Shown here one piece after another: positions 1-8,959 of a stretch of DNA of 64,000 bases. Position 1 is the first letter of the stretch; the number at the start of each line of letters is the position of its first letter. Origin of the DNA: Betaproteobacteria bacterium (lineage in GTDB: Bacteria > Pseudomonadota > Gammaproteobacteria > Burkholderiales > JACQAP01); assembly GCA_039931685.1 (NCBI GenBank), contig JBDTRK010000005.1, positions 564 to 64,563 of the forward strand. Reading direction: 5' to 3'. A model generated the notes under the pieces. It saw only the letters and a program-made list of their open reading frames with translations. It was not told where the DNA came from and did no database searches. Made by a program: the position numbers and the translations under genes.

Positions 1-984
1 CACCTGACCCTGTGGCGCGACGACCGCCTTGCGGCGGCCATGCCGCTCTACCTGAAATCCCATTCTTACGGCGAATACGTGTTCGACTGGGCCTGGGCGG
101 ACGCCTATGAGCGGCACGGTTTGCGCTATTACCCCAAGCTGTTGAACGCGGTGCCGTTCACGCCGGTGACCGGACCGCGACTGCTGGCCGCAGGCGATGC
201 CGACCGGCGTGCGCTTGTCGATGCGGCCTTGTCGTTCGCGCGCGACTCCGGCGTGTCTTCGCTGCATTGCCTGTTCCCGGCCGAACCCGAGGTTGCGGCT
301 TTCGCGTCCGCCGGGATGATGCTGCGAGCTTCGGTGCAATTCCACTGGCGCAACGAGGATTTCACCGACTTCGAGGATTTTCTCGGCCGCATGAACCATG
401 ACAAGCGCAAGAAAATTCGCCAGGAGCGGCGCAAAGTGCGCGCGGCGGGCATCGAGTTCCGGCAATTGCGCGCGACCGAAGCAACGCCGGCCGACTGGCG
501 CTTCTTCGTCGAATGCTATGACCGGACCTATCACGCCCATCACTCGACGCCTTACCTGAACCTCGAGTTTTTCCAGCGCCTGGCGCTGGCGATGCCCGAA
601 CGCCTGCTGCTGATAATCGGGTACCGCAACGGCGCGCCGGTGGCATCGGCTTTCAACATCATCGGCGACGACACGCTGTACGGCCGTTACTGGGGGGCAA
701 CCGAATTCCATTCCGGCCTGCATTTCGAAGCCTGCTACTACCAGGCCATAGAATTTTGCATTGCGCAGAAGCTCGCGTGCTTCGAAGGCGGCGCACAAGG
801 CGAACACAAGCTCGCCCGCGGACTGCTGCCGCAGCGCACCGTTTCGGCGCACTGGCTGGCCCATCCCGAATTCGCCGAGGCGGTAACGCGCTTCCTGCGC
901 AAGGAATCCAGCGGCATCGAACATTATGTCGATGAACTCTCCGAGCACAGCCCCTTCAAGCAGGCACAGGGCGCTCCCGAATAA
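1..984 (+). CDS. FemAB/GNAT-like acyltransferase family protein (DUF482/COG3146 type), 5' end outside window
   Basis: Frame 1 is open from base 1 (HLTLWRDDRLAAAMPLYLKSHSYGEYVFDW...), so the Met at 40 is internal. The blocks PLYLKSHSYGEYVFDWAWADAY and GGAQGEHKLARG fit this family. Stop at 982-984. Confidence 0.7.
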   Translation, partial: HLTLWRDDRLAAAMPLYLKSHSYGEYVFDWAWADAYERHGLRYYPKLLNAVPFTPVTGPRLLAAGDADRRALVDAALSFARDSGVSSLHCLFPAEPEVAAFASAGMMLRASVQFHWRNEDFTDFEDFLGRMNHDKRKKIRQERRKVRAAGIEFRQLRATEATPADWRFFVECYDRTYHAHHSTPYLNLEFFQRLALAMPERLLLIIGYRNGAPVASAFNIIGDDTLYGRYWGATEFHSGLHFEACYYQAIEFCIAQKLACFEGGAQGEHKLARGLLPQRTVSAHWLAHPEFAEAVTRFLRKESSGIEHYVDELSEHSPFKQAQGAPE

Positions 985-1010
985 TCCATGGATTTGGTTA
1001 AACTAGCGCC

Positions 1011-1490
1011 ATGACAATCATTCGCGCCTTTCCTGCGGTAATCGCGCTGGCATTCACCAGCCTGCTTCTTGTTGCGACAACATGGTCTACCCCGGCACCC
1101 GCCGCGCCGACCGAAATCGAAGTGGTCGACCGCGTAGTGGGCAACGGCCAGGTGCCGCGACGCGGCTGGTTTGTGATCATCCGCTACACCGGCTGGATCT
1201 ACGACGAAATGGCCGCGGACAAGAAGGGAAAGAAGTTCATCAATTCGGACGACCGCGGCGCTCCCGTATCCTTTGTTTATGGCTTCAAGCGGGCGCTGCC
1301 CGGCCTCGAAAAAGGCATGCAAGGCATGCAAGTCGGCGGGCAGCGCACGCTGGTCATCCCCGCCAAATACGCGTTCAAGGGTGCCCGCCAGGAAAGTCCG
1401 GATGGCGTTTCCGTCGATTCGGATCTGATCATCGACGTCGAACTCATCGATGTCGTGCCGCAGGCAAACTCGGCGCCTGCCAACGAATAG
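1011..1490 (+). CDS. FKBP-type peptidyl-prolyl cis-trans isomerase, exported
   Basis: ATG at 1011. Hydrophobic signal peptide (AVIALAFTSLLLVATTWS). FKBP core blocks VSFVYGFKRALPGLEKGMQGMQVGGQRTLVIP and LIIDVELIDV. Confidence 0.8.
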   Translation: MTIIRAFPAVIALAFTSLLLVATTWSTPAPAAPTEIEVVDRVVGNGQVPRRGWFVIIRYTGWIYDEMAADKKGKKFINSDDRGAPVSFVYGFKRALPGLEKGMQGMQVGGQRTLVIPAKYAFKGARQESPDGVSVDSDLIIDVELIDVVPQANSAPANE

Positions 1491-1530
1491 CCCGAATAAC
1501 AATTACATAACGATTAAAGGAGTAGCAGGC

Positions 1531-2214
1531 ATGATTGGCGATCCCGTTGCCCTGACCGTCCGACGCAGCATCGAACGCGCGCCGCGAGCTGTCATGAAGG
1601 CCTTTGCCGGTATGCCCACCGGATTCGTCACTGATGCCTGCAACGGCAAGGGCTGCCTCGACTACGCCATCAAACCCCTGCTGCCGACCATGCGATTCAG
1701 CGGCAGTGCCGTCACCGCCTTCTGCGGCCCGATGGACAATCTCGCGGCCATGGCGATGCTCGATTTCGCCAAAAAAGGCGACGTGCTCGTGATCGCCACT
1801 ACCGGCGACGAGACTGCAGCGACCATCGGCGACCTGTGGGCATTTTGGGCAAAAAAAATCGGCGTCGTCGCCATCGTCTGTGACGGCCTGGTGCGCGACG
1901 TAAACGGATTGCTCAAAGTCGGCATCCCGGTATTCGCGCGCGGCGTAAAACCGAATTCGGCCTTCAAGAACGGCCCGGGCGAAGTCAACACCACGGTGAC
2001 CTGCGGCGGCGTGGCGATCAGCGCGGGCGACATCCTTGTCGGCGACCGCGACGGCGTGGTCGCGGTTCCGCGCGCCGAGGCCGCGCAGGTAGTCGATCGG
2101 CTGGAACACGTCAAGAAAAAAGAAGCCGAGGCCGAGGCCAGGGTCAAGAAGGGCATCAAGCTCAAATTCTGGGACCCCGACGCGCTCGGTAGCCGGCTCA
2201 ATTACATCGATTGA
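1531..2214 (+). CDS. RraA-family protein (4-hydroxy-4-methyl-2-oxoglutarate aldolase / RNase E regulator-like)
   Basis: ATG at 1531 lies 8 nt after AAAGGAG (1516-1522). Family-like blocks are GSAVTAFCGPMDNLAAMAMLD, GDVLVIAT and DGVVAVP. The track ORF start at 1450 is an upstream extension overlapping the FKBP gene. Confidence 0.8.
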   Translation: MIGDPVALTVRRSIERAPRAVMKAFAGMPTGFVTDACNGKGCLDYAIKPLLPTMRFSGSAVTAFCGPMDNLAAMAMLDFAKKGDVLVIATTGDETAATIGDLWAFWAKKIGVVAIVCDGLVRDVNGLLKVGIPVFARGVKPNSAFKNGPGEVNTTVTCGGVAISAGDILVGDRDGVVAVPRAEAAQVVDRLEHVKKKEAEAEARVKKGIKLKFWDPDALGSRLNYID

Positions 2215-2221
2215 AGCGGAA

Positions 2222-2746
2222 TTGGTTTTCGATTACTACAAGCGGCTTTCCGCCAAAAAACAGAGTATCTACCGGCAAAGCGATGCCATCGTCGCCGTCG
2301 CACTGCCAGATGCCGAAATTCTGCGGGCGCCGGCAAACGCCCTGCTGGAAGCACTGAAACTGGAGGATCGGACCACCATCCGGCATTTGTCGCAACAGGT
2401 TTGCGACGGCATCATCGCGCAGTTGCAGGTGCCGCCGCTGCGCATCCAGGTACTGGCGGTCAGGCCAAGCGACGACTGGGGCGAATTGCACGGCCTGTAT
2501 CTGCCGGAAGAAGACGGCGCGACCGCGAAAATACAGCTGTGGATGCGCACCGCCAAATACAAGCGCGTCGTCGCGTTCAAAAGTTATCTGCGCACCTTGC
2601 TGCACGAAATCTGCCACCACCTCGACTACGAACTGTACAAATTCCCGGAAACCTTCCACACCGAGGGCTTTTACAATCGTGAGTCCAGTCTGTTCTACCA
2701 GCTCGTGCCCGGTGCGCAGCGCAATCCGCCGCAACAGGAGACTTGA
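2222..2746 (+). CDS. hypothetical protein with HExxH metallopeptidase-like motif (SprT/WLM-like?)
   Basis: Only possible start is TTG at 2222; the next Met is far internal. It carries LLHEICHHLDYELY (HExxH). Its stop forms TGAATG with the next gene. Confidence 0.5.
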   Translation: MVFDYYKRLSAKKQSIYRQSDAIVAVALPDAEILRAPANALLEALKLEDRTTIRHLSQQVCDGIIAQLQVPPLRIQVLAVRPSDDWGELHGLYLPEEDGATAKIQLWMRTAKYKRVVAFKSYLRTLLHEICHHLDYELYKFPETFHTEGFYNRESSLFYQLVPGAQRNPPQQET

Positions 2747-3361
2747 ATGAAAATAGCCGGTGCAATTGTCGGTTTCATCATCCTTGCGGTGGTCTTCGTC
2801 GTCTGGATTCGCGCCTACAAGTCGATTAAAGGCGGTGAGGACGCGCCGCCCGCGGGCGGCAATCGCAAACCGGGCGGGCAGAAGGACTCCCTGGAGGATT
2901 TCATCGCAGCCTACAAGCGCGGCGACGTTGCAGTGGGCGGCGGCCAGCCCGCCGCGGCGCAGGCGCATGCGAAGCCCGCACCTGTTTCCACTCCCGCTGC
3001 CGCGCCGATTGCCACCGCCCCGGTACGGCGCGAAGCCTTCATCGCGGGTGCGAACAAACTGGTCTATCTGGCCTGCAAGACCGGGCTGCGCGATCACCAT
3101 ATTTTCGCGCATGTACAACTCGCGGCGTTATCGGCCGGCGGCCCGATCGATCCGGCGCTGGAGCGCAGCGCAGTCGATCTGCTGATCTGCAACGCGGCCA
3201 TGTCGGCCGTGGCCGCCATCGATCTCATCGACGCCGGCAACGGTCCGGCACATGTCGCCAAGTCCAATCACCTGAAGACGCTGGGTATCCGTTATTTGCG
3301 CCTTTCCGCCAAATCCCTGCCGCGTCCGGACGAATTGCACGGGCTGTTGTATAAGATGTGA
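2747..3361 (+). CDS. DUF2726-like membrane-anchored protein
   Basis: N-terminal TM helix (IAGAIVGFIILAVVFVVWI), an Ala/Pro-rich linker, and a C-terminal block HHIFAHVQLAAL...AVDLLICN...AAIDLID...LKTLGIRYLRL typical of DUF2726. Confidence 0.6.
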   Translation: MKIAGAIVGFIILAVVFVVWIRAYKSIKGGEDAPPAGGNRKPGGQKDSLEDFIAAYKRGDVAVGGGQPAAAQAHAKPAPVSTPAAAPIATAPVRREAFIAGANKLVYLACKTGLRDHHIFAHVQLAALSAGGPIDPALERSAVDLLICNAAMSAVAAIDLIDAGNGPAHVAKSNHLKTLGIRYLRLSAKSLPRPDELHGLLYKM

Positions 3362-3390
3362 AAAAGGCCGCGCACAGCGGCCTTTTTTTT
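3361..3390. terminator. bidirectional Rho-independent terminator between convergent genes
   Basis: AAAAA-GGCCGC-gcaca-GCGGCC-TTTTTTTT. The stem is flanked by an A-run and a T-run and lies between the stops at 3361 (+) and 3406 (-). Confidence 0.7.
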
Positions 3391-3405
3391 CGGGGAAACG
3401 AACGC

Positions 3406-3720
3406 TTAGCCCTTCTTGCCCGTCTCCGACCCGGCTGGCTTTTTGCCCGGCTGCATCTCGGTTGGATGCGGAATCGCGTTCTCGTCCGCCGGACAAAACG
3501 CGTCGATCGCTTCGTTATGGCACCAGTGGGCGTTGAAGCCGTCGTTTTTCTTGATGCATTCGAACATGTATTTGCCCATTTCGTCGGTCCAGGCACAGTT
3601 CTGCCGTTTGAGGAAAAACCGCTCGCGGCCGTTGGTCGCGCCTTCAGCGAAAACCGGGGATACCCCCCCCGCCCAAACGAGGGCCAGTCCGATGAGGCCG
3701 AGTACAACTTGTTGTTTCAT
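3406..3720 (-). CDS. small exported Cys-containing protein, unknown function
   Basis: Signal peptide MKQQVVLGLIGLALVWAGGVSPVFA followed by a 4-Cys mature part. Followed by the terminator at 3361-3390. Confidence 0.55.
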   Translation of the reverse strand: MKQQVVLGLIGLALVWAGGVSPVFAEGATNGRERFFLKRQNCAWTDEMGKYMFECIKKNDGFNAHWCHNEAIDAFCPADENAIPHPTEMQPGKKPAGSETGKKG

Positions 3721-3855
3721 AGATAACCTTTCAATTTTGACGGCCGAGCCTCACGCGCCTGGACTAACGCAGGCGTGGATCGCTGCGGCGCCCAGACTGG
3801 ACTCAATGGCGCGATTCTAGGTTAAAACCGCCACAGCGGATATCGCGTGCACACA

Positions 3856-4194
3856 TCAAGAAGGAGTGCGCCTGCCGGGCGCGGCGGCCGGGCGTTTGCG
3901 CCGCCTGGCCGCGGGCTTCTTCGCGGCACCGGGTCTGGCCGCCATGCGCCTGGCTTTTTTGACTTTTTTCAGCATGCGCTCGGCGGTGAACAAGTCCTGG
4001 TCGAGGATGCCGGCGGCGCGCGCTATCGCAATCTTGGCCTGCGCCCGGCTCAGGTCGGGGTTGATGCGGATCAGTTCGGAAATCGCCTCGCCGATCGCCT
4101 TGTTCGCATTGGCGCGTAGATGCGCCTGCCTGGCGCGATCGAATGCCTTGAGCAGCGCATCGACCACAGGTTTTGCAAGCGACTCGATCGCCAC
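3856..4194 (-). CDS. hypothetical protein with Lys/Arg/Ala/Pro-rich basic tail
   Basis: ATG at 4194 lies 3 nt after the stop of the upstream gene (4198). Helical N-terminal part, then the tail KKVKKARRMAARPGAAKKPAARRRKRPAAAPGRR. No family recognised. Confidence 0.45.
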   Translation of the reverse strand: MAIESLAKPVVDALLKAFDRARQAHLRANANKAIGEAISELIRINPDLSRAQAKIAIARAAGILDQDLFTAERMLKKVKKARRMAARPGAAKKPAARRRKRPAAAPGRRTPS

Positions 4195-4197
4195 GGG

Positions 4198-4623
4198 CTA
4201 TTTTGGGTGAAACTTGAATTCGAGGACCAGATAGCGGCGGCCGACCAGGTCCTTCGTCGCGGATTGTTTTTCGCCGTTATATTCGGCATCGATAATGAAA
4301 CGTCCGCCGGCCGGCGGATTCATATAAAAATACGGTCCTTCCGAAACGGCTTCGATCAAATTATTTCCGCTCTGATCGGTCAGCGTTACCTTGACTCCGC
4401 TGATATCGGTCTGCTCACCTTCCACTTCGAAAATTAGCTGGATCGGAAATTTTGGCGCGATCCTGAATAATGCCTTGCGCTGCGCTTCGCCGATGCCACC
4501 CGTCGCGTAAGTCGAGCCGCCCTGCTTGTGGATTTTGGGCGGCTCCACGTCCTCTGCCGCCAGCAGCACCGATGCTGCAAGGGCGAGCACAAGCGCCGTC
4601 ATCATGGCGATTCTGGTTTTCAT
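4198..4623 (-). CDS. exported hypothetical protein
   Basis: Signal peptide MKTRIAMMTALVLALAASVLLAA. The beta-rich mature part has ordinary, non-artefact composition. Confidence 0.6.
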   Translation of the reverse strand: MKTRIAMMTALVLALAASVLLAAEDVEPPKIHKQGGSTYATGGIGEAQRKALFRIAPKFPIQLIFEVEGEQTDISGVKVTLTDQSGNNLIEAVSEGPYFYMNPPAGGRFIIDAEYNGEKQSATKDLVGRRYLVLEFKFHPK

Positions 4624-4666
4624 TTTTCCTCCCCAACGATCAGGGAATCAGAATAGCACGGTGGCT

Positions 4667-5308
4667 TCATTGCGCGTCCGGCTGGTTCTGCGGCATCGCC
4701 TTCCTGAAAGGCTCAAGCGCCAGGCACTGCTCATTGATGCGCCGAATGGTGGGAAACAGCGCAAGGTCGACCTTGTACCGGTTTGCGTTGGCCACCTGCG
4801 GCACCAGCACGATGTCGGCAAACCCCGGCACATCGCCGTGGCAGAACCGCCCGGTATCCTTTTCCGTTGCCAGCCGCTTCTCCAGCGCCGTGAAGCCAAT
4901 CGTCACCCAATGCGCATACCAGGCATTTTTCTGTTCTTCGGTCAGTTTCAGCGTGTCGGTCAGATACGCCAGCACCCGCGTGTTGTTCAGCGGGTGGATT
5001 TCGCATGCGCTGATCAACGCCAGCGAGCGCACGCGGTTGCGGCCGCCGGCATCGCCCGGCAGCAGGGGTGGCCGCGGAAATTTCTCGTCGAGATAGTCGA
5101 TGATGGCCAACGACTGGTACAGGCGAGCGCCGTCGTGCTCCAGTACCGGCACCAGATTCTGTGGGCTGATGTCGGAAAATTCCGGCGTGTACTGTCTGCG
5201 CTTCATCAGGTGGATGCTGGATTGTTCGTAGTCGAGGCCCTTCATCGCCAGCGCGATGCGCACCCGGTAGGACGCGGAACTTCTGAAATAGCCGTAGAGT
5301 TTCAGCAT
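4667..5308 (-). CDS. maiA: zeta-class glutathione S-transferase: maleylacetoacetate/maleylpyruvate isomerase
   Basis: N-terminus MLKLYGYFRSSASYRVRIALAMKGLDYE carries the zeta-GST SSxSxRVRIAL signature. Length is 213 aa. Confidence 0.85.
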   Translation of the reverse strand: MLKLYGYFRSSASYRVRIALAMKGLDYEQSSIHLMKRRQYTPEFSDISPQNLVPVLEHDGARLYQSLAIIDYLDEKFPRPPLLPGDAGGRNRVRSLALISACEIHPLNNTRVLAYLTDTLKLTEEQKNAWYAHWVTIGFTALEKRLATEKDTGRFCHGDVPGFADIVLVPQVANANRYKVDLALFPTIRRINEQCLALEPFRKAMPQNQPDAQ

Positions 5309-5332
5309 TTTTTCTGCCCTGGTCTGCGCCTT

Positions 5333-6727
5333 TCAGCGAATCGAATTGAGCGCCCGATGACGCATCAGCATGCCGGCAGCCGTGCACATTTCCTCGGCAT
5401 CCGCGAACGTCGGCACGCCGGCCTGCTCCATTTGCGCGAACCAGGTCTGCCGATGTTCAAGTGTGCCCATCATGCAATGCAGGATCGGCAGCTTCGCTTT
5501 TTTGCATATTGCGGCGAGCACCTCGACAACTTCGCCGGCGTCGACCATGAATGGCACGACATGGATCATCAGGATCGCGTCGAAGTTCTCCGGCGCTGCT
5601 TCCAGCGCGGCCGCGAGCGTCGCTGAAAAACGATCCGCGCGCGCGTCGGCAAGCAAATCGATCGGGTTGGCCATCGACGCTTCGGCAGGCAGGAAACCGC
5701 GCAGCCTCTCCAGCATCGCGCCCGGCAATTCCGGCAGCGAGAGCCCCTCCTCCGTCGCCCGATCCGCGGCCAGCACGCCGGGGCCGCCGGAATTCGACAG
5801 CAATAAAACGCGCTTGCCGATGCCTTGCGCAAAACTGCCAAACGCCTTGCCCGCGAGCAGCAGGCTGCGCAGGCTATTGACCCGCACGATGCCGTTGCGG
5901 CGACAGAAGTCGTCCGTGGCCGCATCGTCACCCGGGCGCGATCCGGTATGGCGAAACGCCGCTTCGCGGCCAGCCGGCGTGCGTCCGCCGATCAGGGCAA
6001 TCACCGGCTTCGTTTTCGCCACCGCTCGCGCCACTTCGCCAAAGCGCAGCGCGTCGCCGAACGATTCGACGTAAAGCAGGATCGCGTTGCAGCGCGCATC
6101 GCGACCCAGTTCCTCCAGGTATTCGATGATGCCCAGGTGCATGCTGTTGCCGACCGACACCACGGCACCCAGCGGGATGTTGCTGGCATGGCTGGCTTCG
6201 ATGGCCTCTTCGATGATCGCGCCCGACTGCGAAATCATCGCCACGGATCCGCCTTTTGGCATGGCGCGGAAGAATGTCGCCGCGAACGGCGACTTCGGGT
6301 CGAGCAGGTTGATCACGCCCGCGCAATTCGGTCCGCCGATGGTCAGCCCGCGCGCAGCCGCGAGTTCGCGCAAGGCCAGATCGCGCGCCCGCCCGCTTTC
6401 TCCGGCTTCCGCGAAACCGCCCGGCAAAATCAGGATGTTCTTGTGACCGGTGTCGGCCGCCTCGGTGGCCACTTCGACGATGTTGTCCGGTCGCACCAGA
6501 ACCGCGACCAGGTCGACCGGCCCCTGCATTTGACTGAGGGACGCCACCACCTTGAGGCCGTCTATTTCACCGCCCTTGGGATTGACCGGGACAATGCGTC
6601 CGGTATAGCCCGACCGGCGCAAATTGCGCAACACCGCACCGCCCGAACTCGTCGGCCGCTCCCCCGCGCCCACCACCGCAATGCTGCGCGGGTTCAGAAA
6701 AGGGCTGATGGCGGATTTGGCCGGCAC
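5333..6727 (-). CDS. CoA-binding protein related to ADP-forming acetyl-CoA synthetase alpha part (no ATP-grasp part)
   Basis: FLNPRSIAVVGAGERPTSSGGAVLRNL...IVPVNPKGGEIDGL is a CoA-binding Rossmann fold. GGPNCAGVINL is present, as is RHTGS at the position of the phospho-His loop. Confidence 0.75.
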   Translation of the reverse strand: MPAKSAISPFLNPRSIAVVGAGERPTSSGGAVLRNLRRSGYTGRIVPVNPKGGEIDGLKVVASLSQMQGPVDLVAVLVRPDNIVEVATEAADTGHKNILILPGGFAEAGESGRARDLALRELAAARGLTIGGPNCAGVINLLDPKSPFAATFFRAMPKGGSVAMISQSGAIIEEAIEASHASNIPLGAVVSVGNSMHLGIIEYLEELGRDARCNAILLYVESFGDALRFGEVARAVAKTKPVIALIGGRTPAGREAAFRHTGSRPGDDAATDDFCRRNGIVRVNSLRSLLLAGKAFGSFAQGIGKRVLLLSNSGGPGVLAADRATEEGLSLPELPGAMLERLRGFLPAEASMANPIDLLADARADRFSATLAAALEAAPENFDAILMIHVVPFMVDAGEVVEVLAAICKKAKLPILHCMMGTLEHRQTWFAQMEQAGVPTFADAEEMCTAAGMLMRHRALNSIR

Positions 6728-6732
6728 CGGCT

Positions 6733-7905
6733 TCAGTCCCCGCGCAAGCGACGCGCGACATCGCGAAACGTATCGCGCGCGCCGAACCCGCCGGCTTTGG
6801 TCACCAGCAGGAGCGACTCCCCGTCGAGGCGGATGCGCGCGTAAGGAATACCGGGCATCAGGTCACCGAGGACTTGCAACGCCGGATTGCCGCTCGCCGC
6901 GAGAATGGCGATCGCCGTGTCGCCGCCGGTCGCGACCAGCGCCTCGGCCTGCGCGCGGCGGGCAATTTCGAGCGCATGATCCGCGATGGCGGCGGCGACA
7001 CGTTCTGCGTCGCCCTCGCGGCCGGCGTCGTCTGGCGTGGCCTTGAGTACAAGATTACGCGCGACCGGTAACTGCGCGTATTGCAGTCGCCCGTTGGGTG
7101 CGCGCAATACCTCGGTACCCGGTTCCCCAGCCAGGGATTCGACCTGCTCGGCGCTGCGCATGGCGCGCGAACCGACTGCGAACACGATGGCCCCGGTCAG
7201 ATGCGGCAGCGCGGGCGCCGGCTGGCGGTCGAAGCAAACCGACGCCAGCGCCGTGGTCAAACCCGCCGAACCAACCATCATCACACTACCCATGCGCGAC
7301 GCGAATGCCTGCACGATCCTGGTCAGATCGACGTCGACCTCACTGTCGGCAATCCAGACATCGGCTGCGGTGTCGAAGGAGGCGGAAGAGGCAACCGCGA
7401 CGACCCGCAGTCCGGATTTCGCCGCAGCGAAGGCTTCCCGCAATGGCGCCAGCGGCGGCGGCGACAGTGCATCCAGGGCAAACGCGGTCTGCGCGAGCGG
7501 CGTGCCATCGACGTGAACCACGCCGCCGCGCACGGTACGACCCTGCGCCGGGAAGGCGGCAGCGACCAGCGCCTGATGCCGGCCGCTGGCGTCGAGCAGC
7601 GCCATGGTCTCCGCGACGACGTTGCCCCGCAGGGTGGAATCGATTTTCTTGACGATGATGTCGAATCCGTCGCCACCCAGATGGCGCACGATTTCGCGCA
7701 CGCGCGCGGCAGCCTCGGCCGCCGGAAGATGGCGGCTGTCGGTATTGACGGAAACGACGCGGGCGGTTTGCAGCGACGCCGGATCGCAGCGTATCGGCAT
7801 GGCCACAACCCAGGTTTCGATGCCGAGCGCGGCGAAAGGTCCCGCAGCGTCCATTGCCCCGGTCAGATCATCGGCGACGATGAGTACACGGGGCTGGCGG
7901 CTCAT
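6733..7905 (-). CDS. four-carbon acid-sugar kinase family protein (DUF1537; DtnK/OtnK-like)
   Basis: N-terminus VLIVADDLTGAMDAAGPFA and C-terminus LVTKAGGFG are the two hallmark blocks of the DUF1537 kinase family. It lies next to a PdxA-family gene. Confidence 0.8.
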   Translation of the reverse strand: MSRQPRVLIVADDLTGAMDAAGPFAALGIETWVVAMPIRCDPASLQTARVVSVNTDSRHLPAAEAAARVREIVRHLGGDGFDIIVKKIDSTLRGNVVAETMALLDASGRHQALVAAAFPAQGRTVRGGVVHVDGTPLAQTAFALDALSPPPLAPLREAFAAAKSGLRVVAVASSASFDTAADVWIADSEVDVDLTRIVQAFASRMGSVMMVGSAGLTTALASVCFDRQPAPALPHLTGAIVFAVGSRAMRSAEQVESLAGEPGTEVLRAPNGRLQYAQLPVARNLVLKATPDDAGREGDAERVAAAIADHALEIARRAQAEALVATGGDTAIAILAASGNPALQVLGDLMPGIPYARIRLDGESLLLVTKAGGFGARDTFRDVARRLRGD

Positions 7906-7917
7906 CGGATCGCGCCT

Positions 7918-8898
7918 TCAGGCCGCAATGTGGTCCGCCATCTTGCGGGCATAGGCGATAGCCGCCTGCATGTTCACGTTGCTGGCCTTGCCGGTCCAGG
8001 CGATATCGTGCGCCGTGCCATGATCCACCGAAGTGCGGCGAATCGGCAGGCCGAGGCTGATATTCACGGTTTCGTCGAATGCGATCAGTTTGGTCGGAAT
8101 ATGGCCCTGGTCGTGGTATTGCGCGACGACCAGGTCGAACTCGCCCTTGAGCGCGCGGTAAAACACCGTATCGCCGGAAATGGGCCCCTTTACGTCGATG
8201 CCTTCCTTCTGCGCGATTTCGATTGCCGGCTGGATGCGTTCGATTTCCTCGCGCCCGAAAATGCCACCTTCGCCGCTGTGCGGGTTGAGACCGGCGACTG
8301 CGATGCGCGGTTTGTCGATGCCAAGTTCGCGGAAGTGCCGATGTCCGGCACGGATGGTCGCCACCACCCTGTCGATAGTCGGACGCTCGGCGGCATTCTT
8401 CAGCGACTGGTGCGTGGTGACGTGAATCGCGCACAGCTTGTCGCTCGCCAGCAGCATGAATGAGGACTTCGCCCCGGTCAGGTGTGCCAGCAATTCGGTG
8501 TGGCCATCGAAGTGGTGTCCGGCCGAGTGCATCGCGGCCTTGTTCAGCGGCGCGGTGACAATCACGGCAATTTTGCCATCGAGCGCCAGTTTGACGGCCT
8601 CTTCCACATATCGATAGGCCGCTTCGCCGCCGGCGGCGGAAATTTTGCCGTCTGCAATCTTGTCCTGGTCCTTGCTCGCGACATCCACGACAGGAACTTC
8701 GCCGTTTCTGGCGTCGAGTCCATCGACGAACTTCAGTCCGGTCCCCAGCAGTTTGTCGGCCCGTCGTAGCAAGGCGAGATTCCCCACCACGGCGGAAAGC
8801 GAACGCGTTGCCGGTGTCATCTGGGCAAGCGTCTTGACGATGATTTCCGGTCCGATGCCGGACGGATCGCCCATGGTAATGCCAATTTTTGCGGTCAT
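7918..8898 (-). CDS. pdxA2: PdxA-family NAD-dependent oxidative decarboxylase (4-phospho-D-threonate 3-dehydrogenase-like)
   Basis: GITMGDPSGIGPEI, TTHQSL, AGLNPHSGEGG and TSVDHGTAHDIAW match PdxA family blocks. The pdxA2 assignment is by context with the adjacent DUF1537 kinase. Confidence 0.8.
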   Translation of the reverse strand: MTAKIGITMGDPSGIGPEIIVKTLAQMTPATRSLSAVVGNLALLRRADKLLGTGLKFVDGLDARNGEVPVVDVASKDQDKIADGKISAAGGEAAYRYVEEAVKLALDGKIAVIVTAPLNKAAMHSAGHHFDGHTELLAHLTGAKSSFMLLASDKLCAIHVTTHQSLKNAAERPTIDRVVATIRAGHRHFRELGIDKPRIAVAGLNPHSGEGGIFGREEIERIQPAIEIAQKEGIDVKGPISGDTVFYRALKGEFDLVVAQYHDQGHIPTKLIAFDETVNISLGLPIRRTSVDHGTAHDIAWTGKASNVNMQAAIAYARKMADHIAA

Positions 8899-8959
8899 GC
8901 GATCCTTATGGTTTCAGAAAATACAGACAGGGAAATTATAGCCGAGAGACGCCGGGCGC

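Noticed and set aside
4526-8463. Plus-strand ORFs of 366, 339 and 460 aa (4526-5626, 5825-6844, 7081-8463) over the maiA/ACD/kinase/pdxA region
   Set aside because: All are antisense to genes with clear family signatures. Their composition is dominated by R, G, A, H and P.
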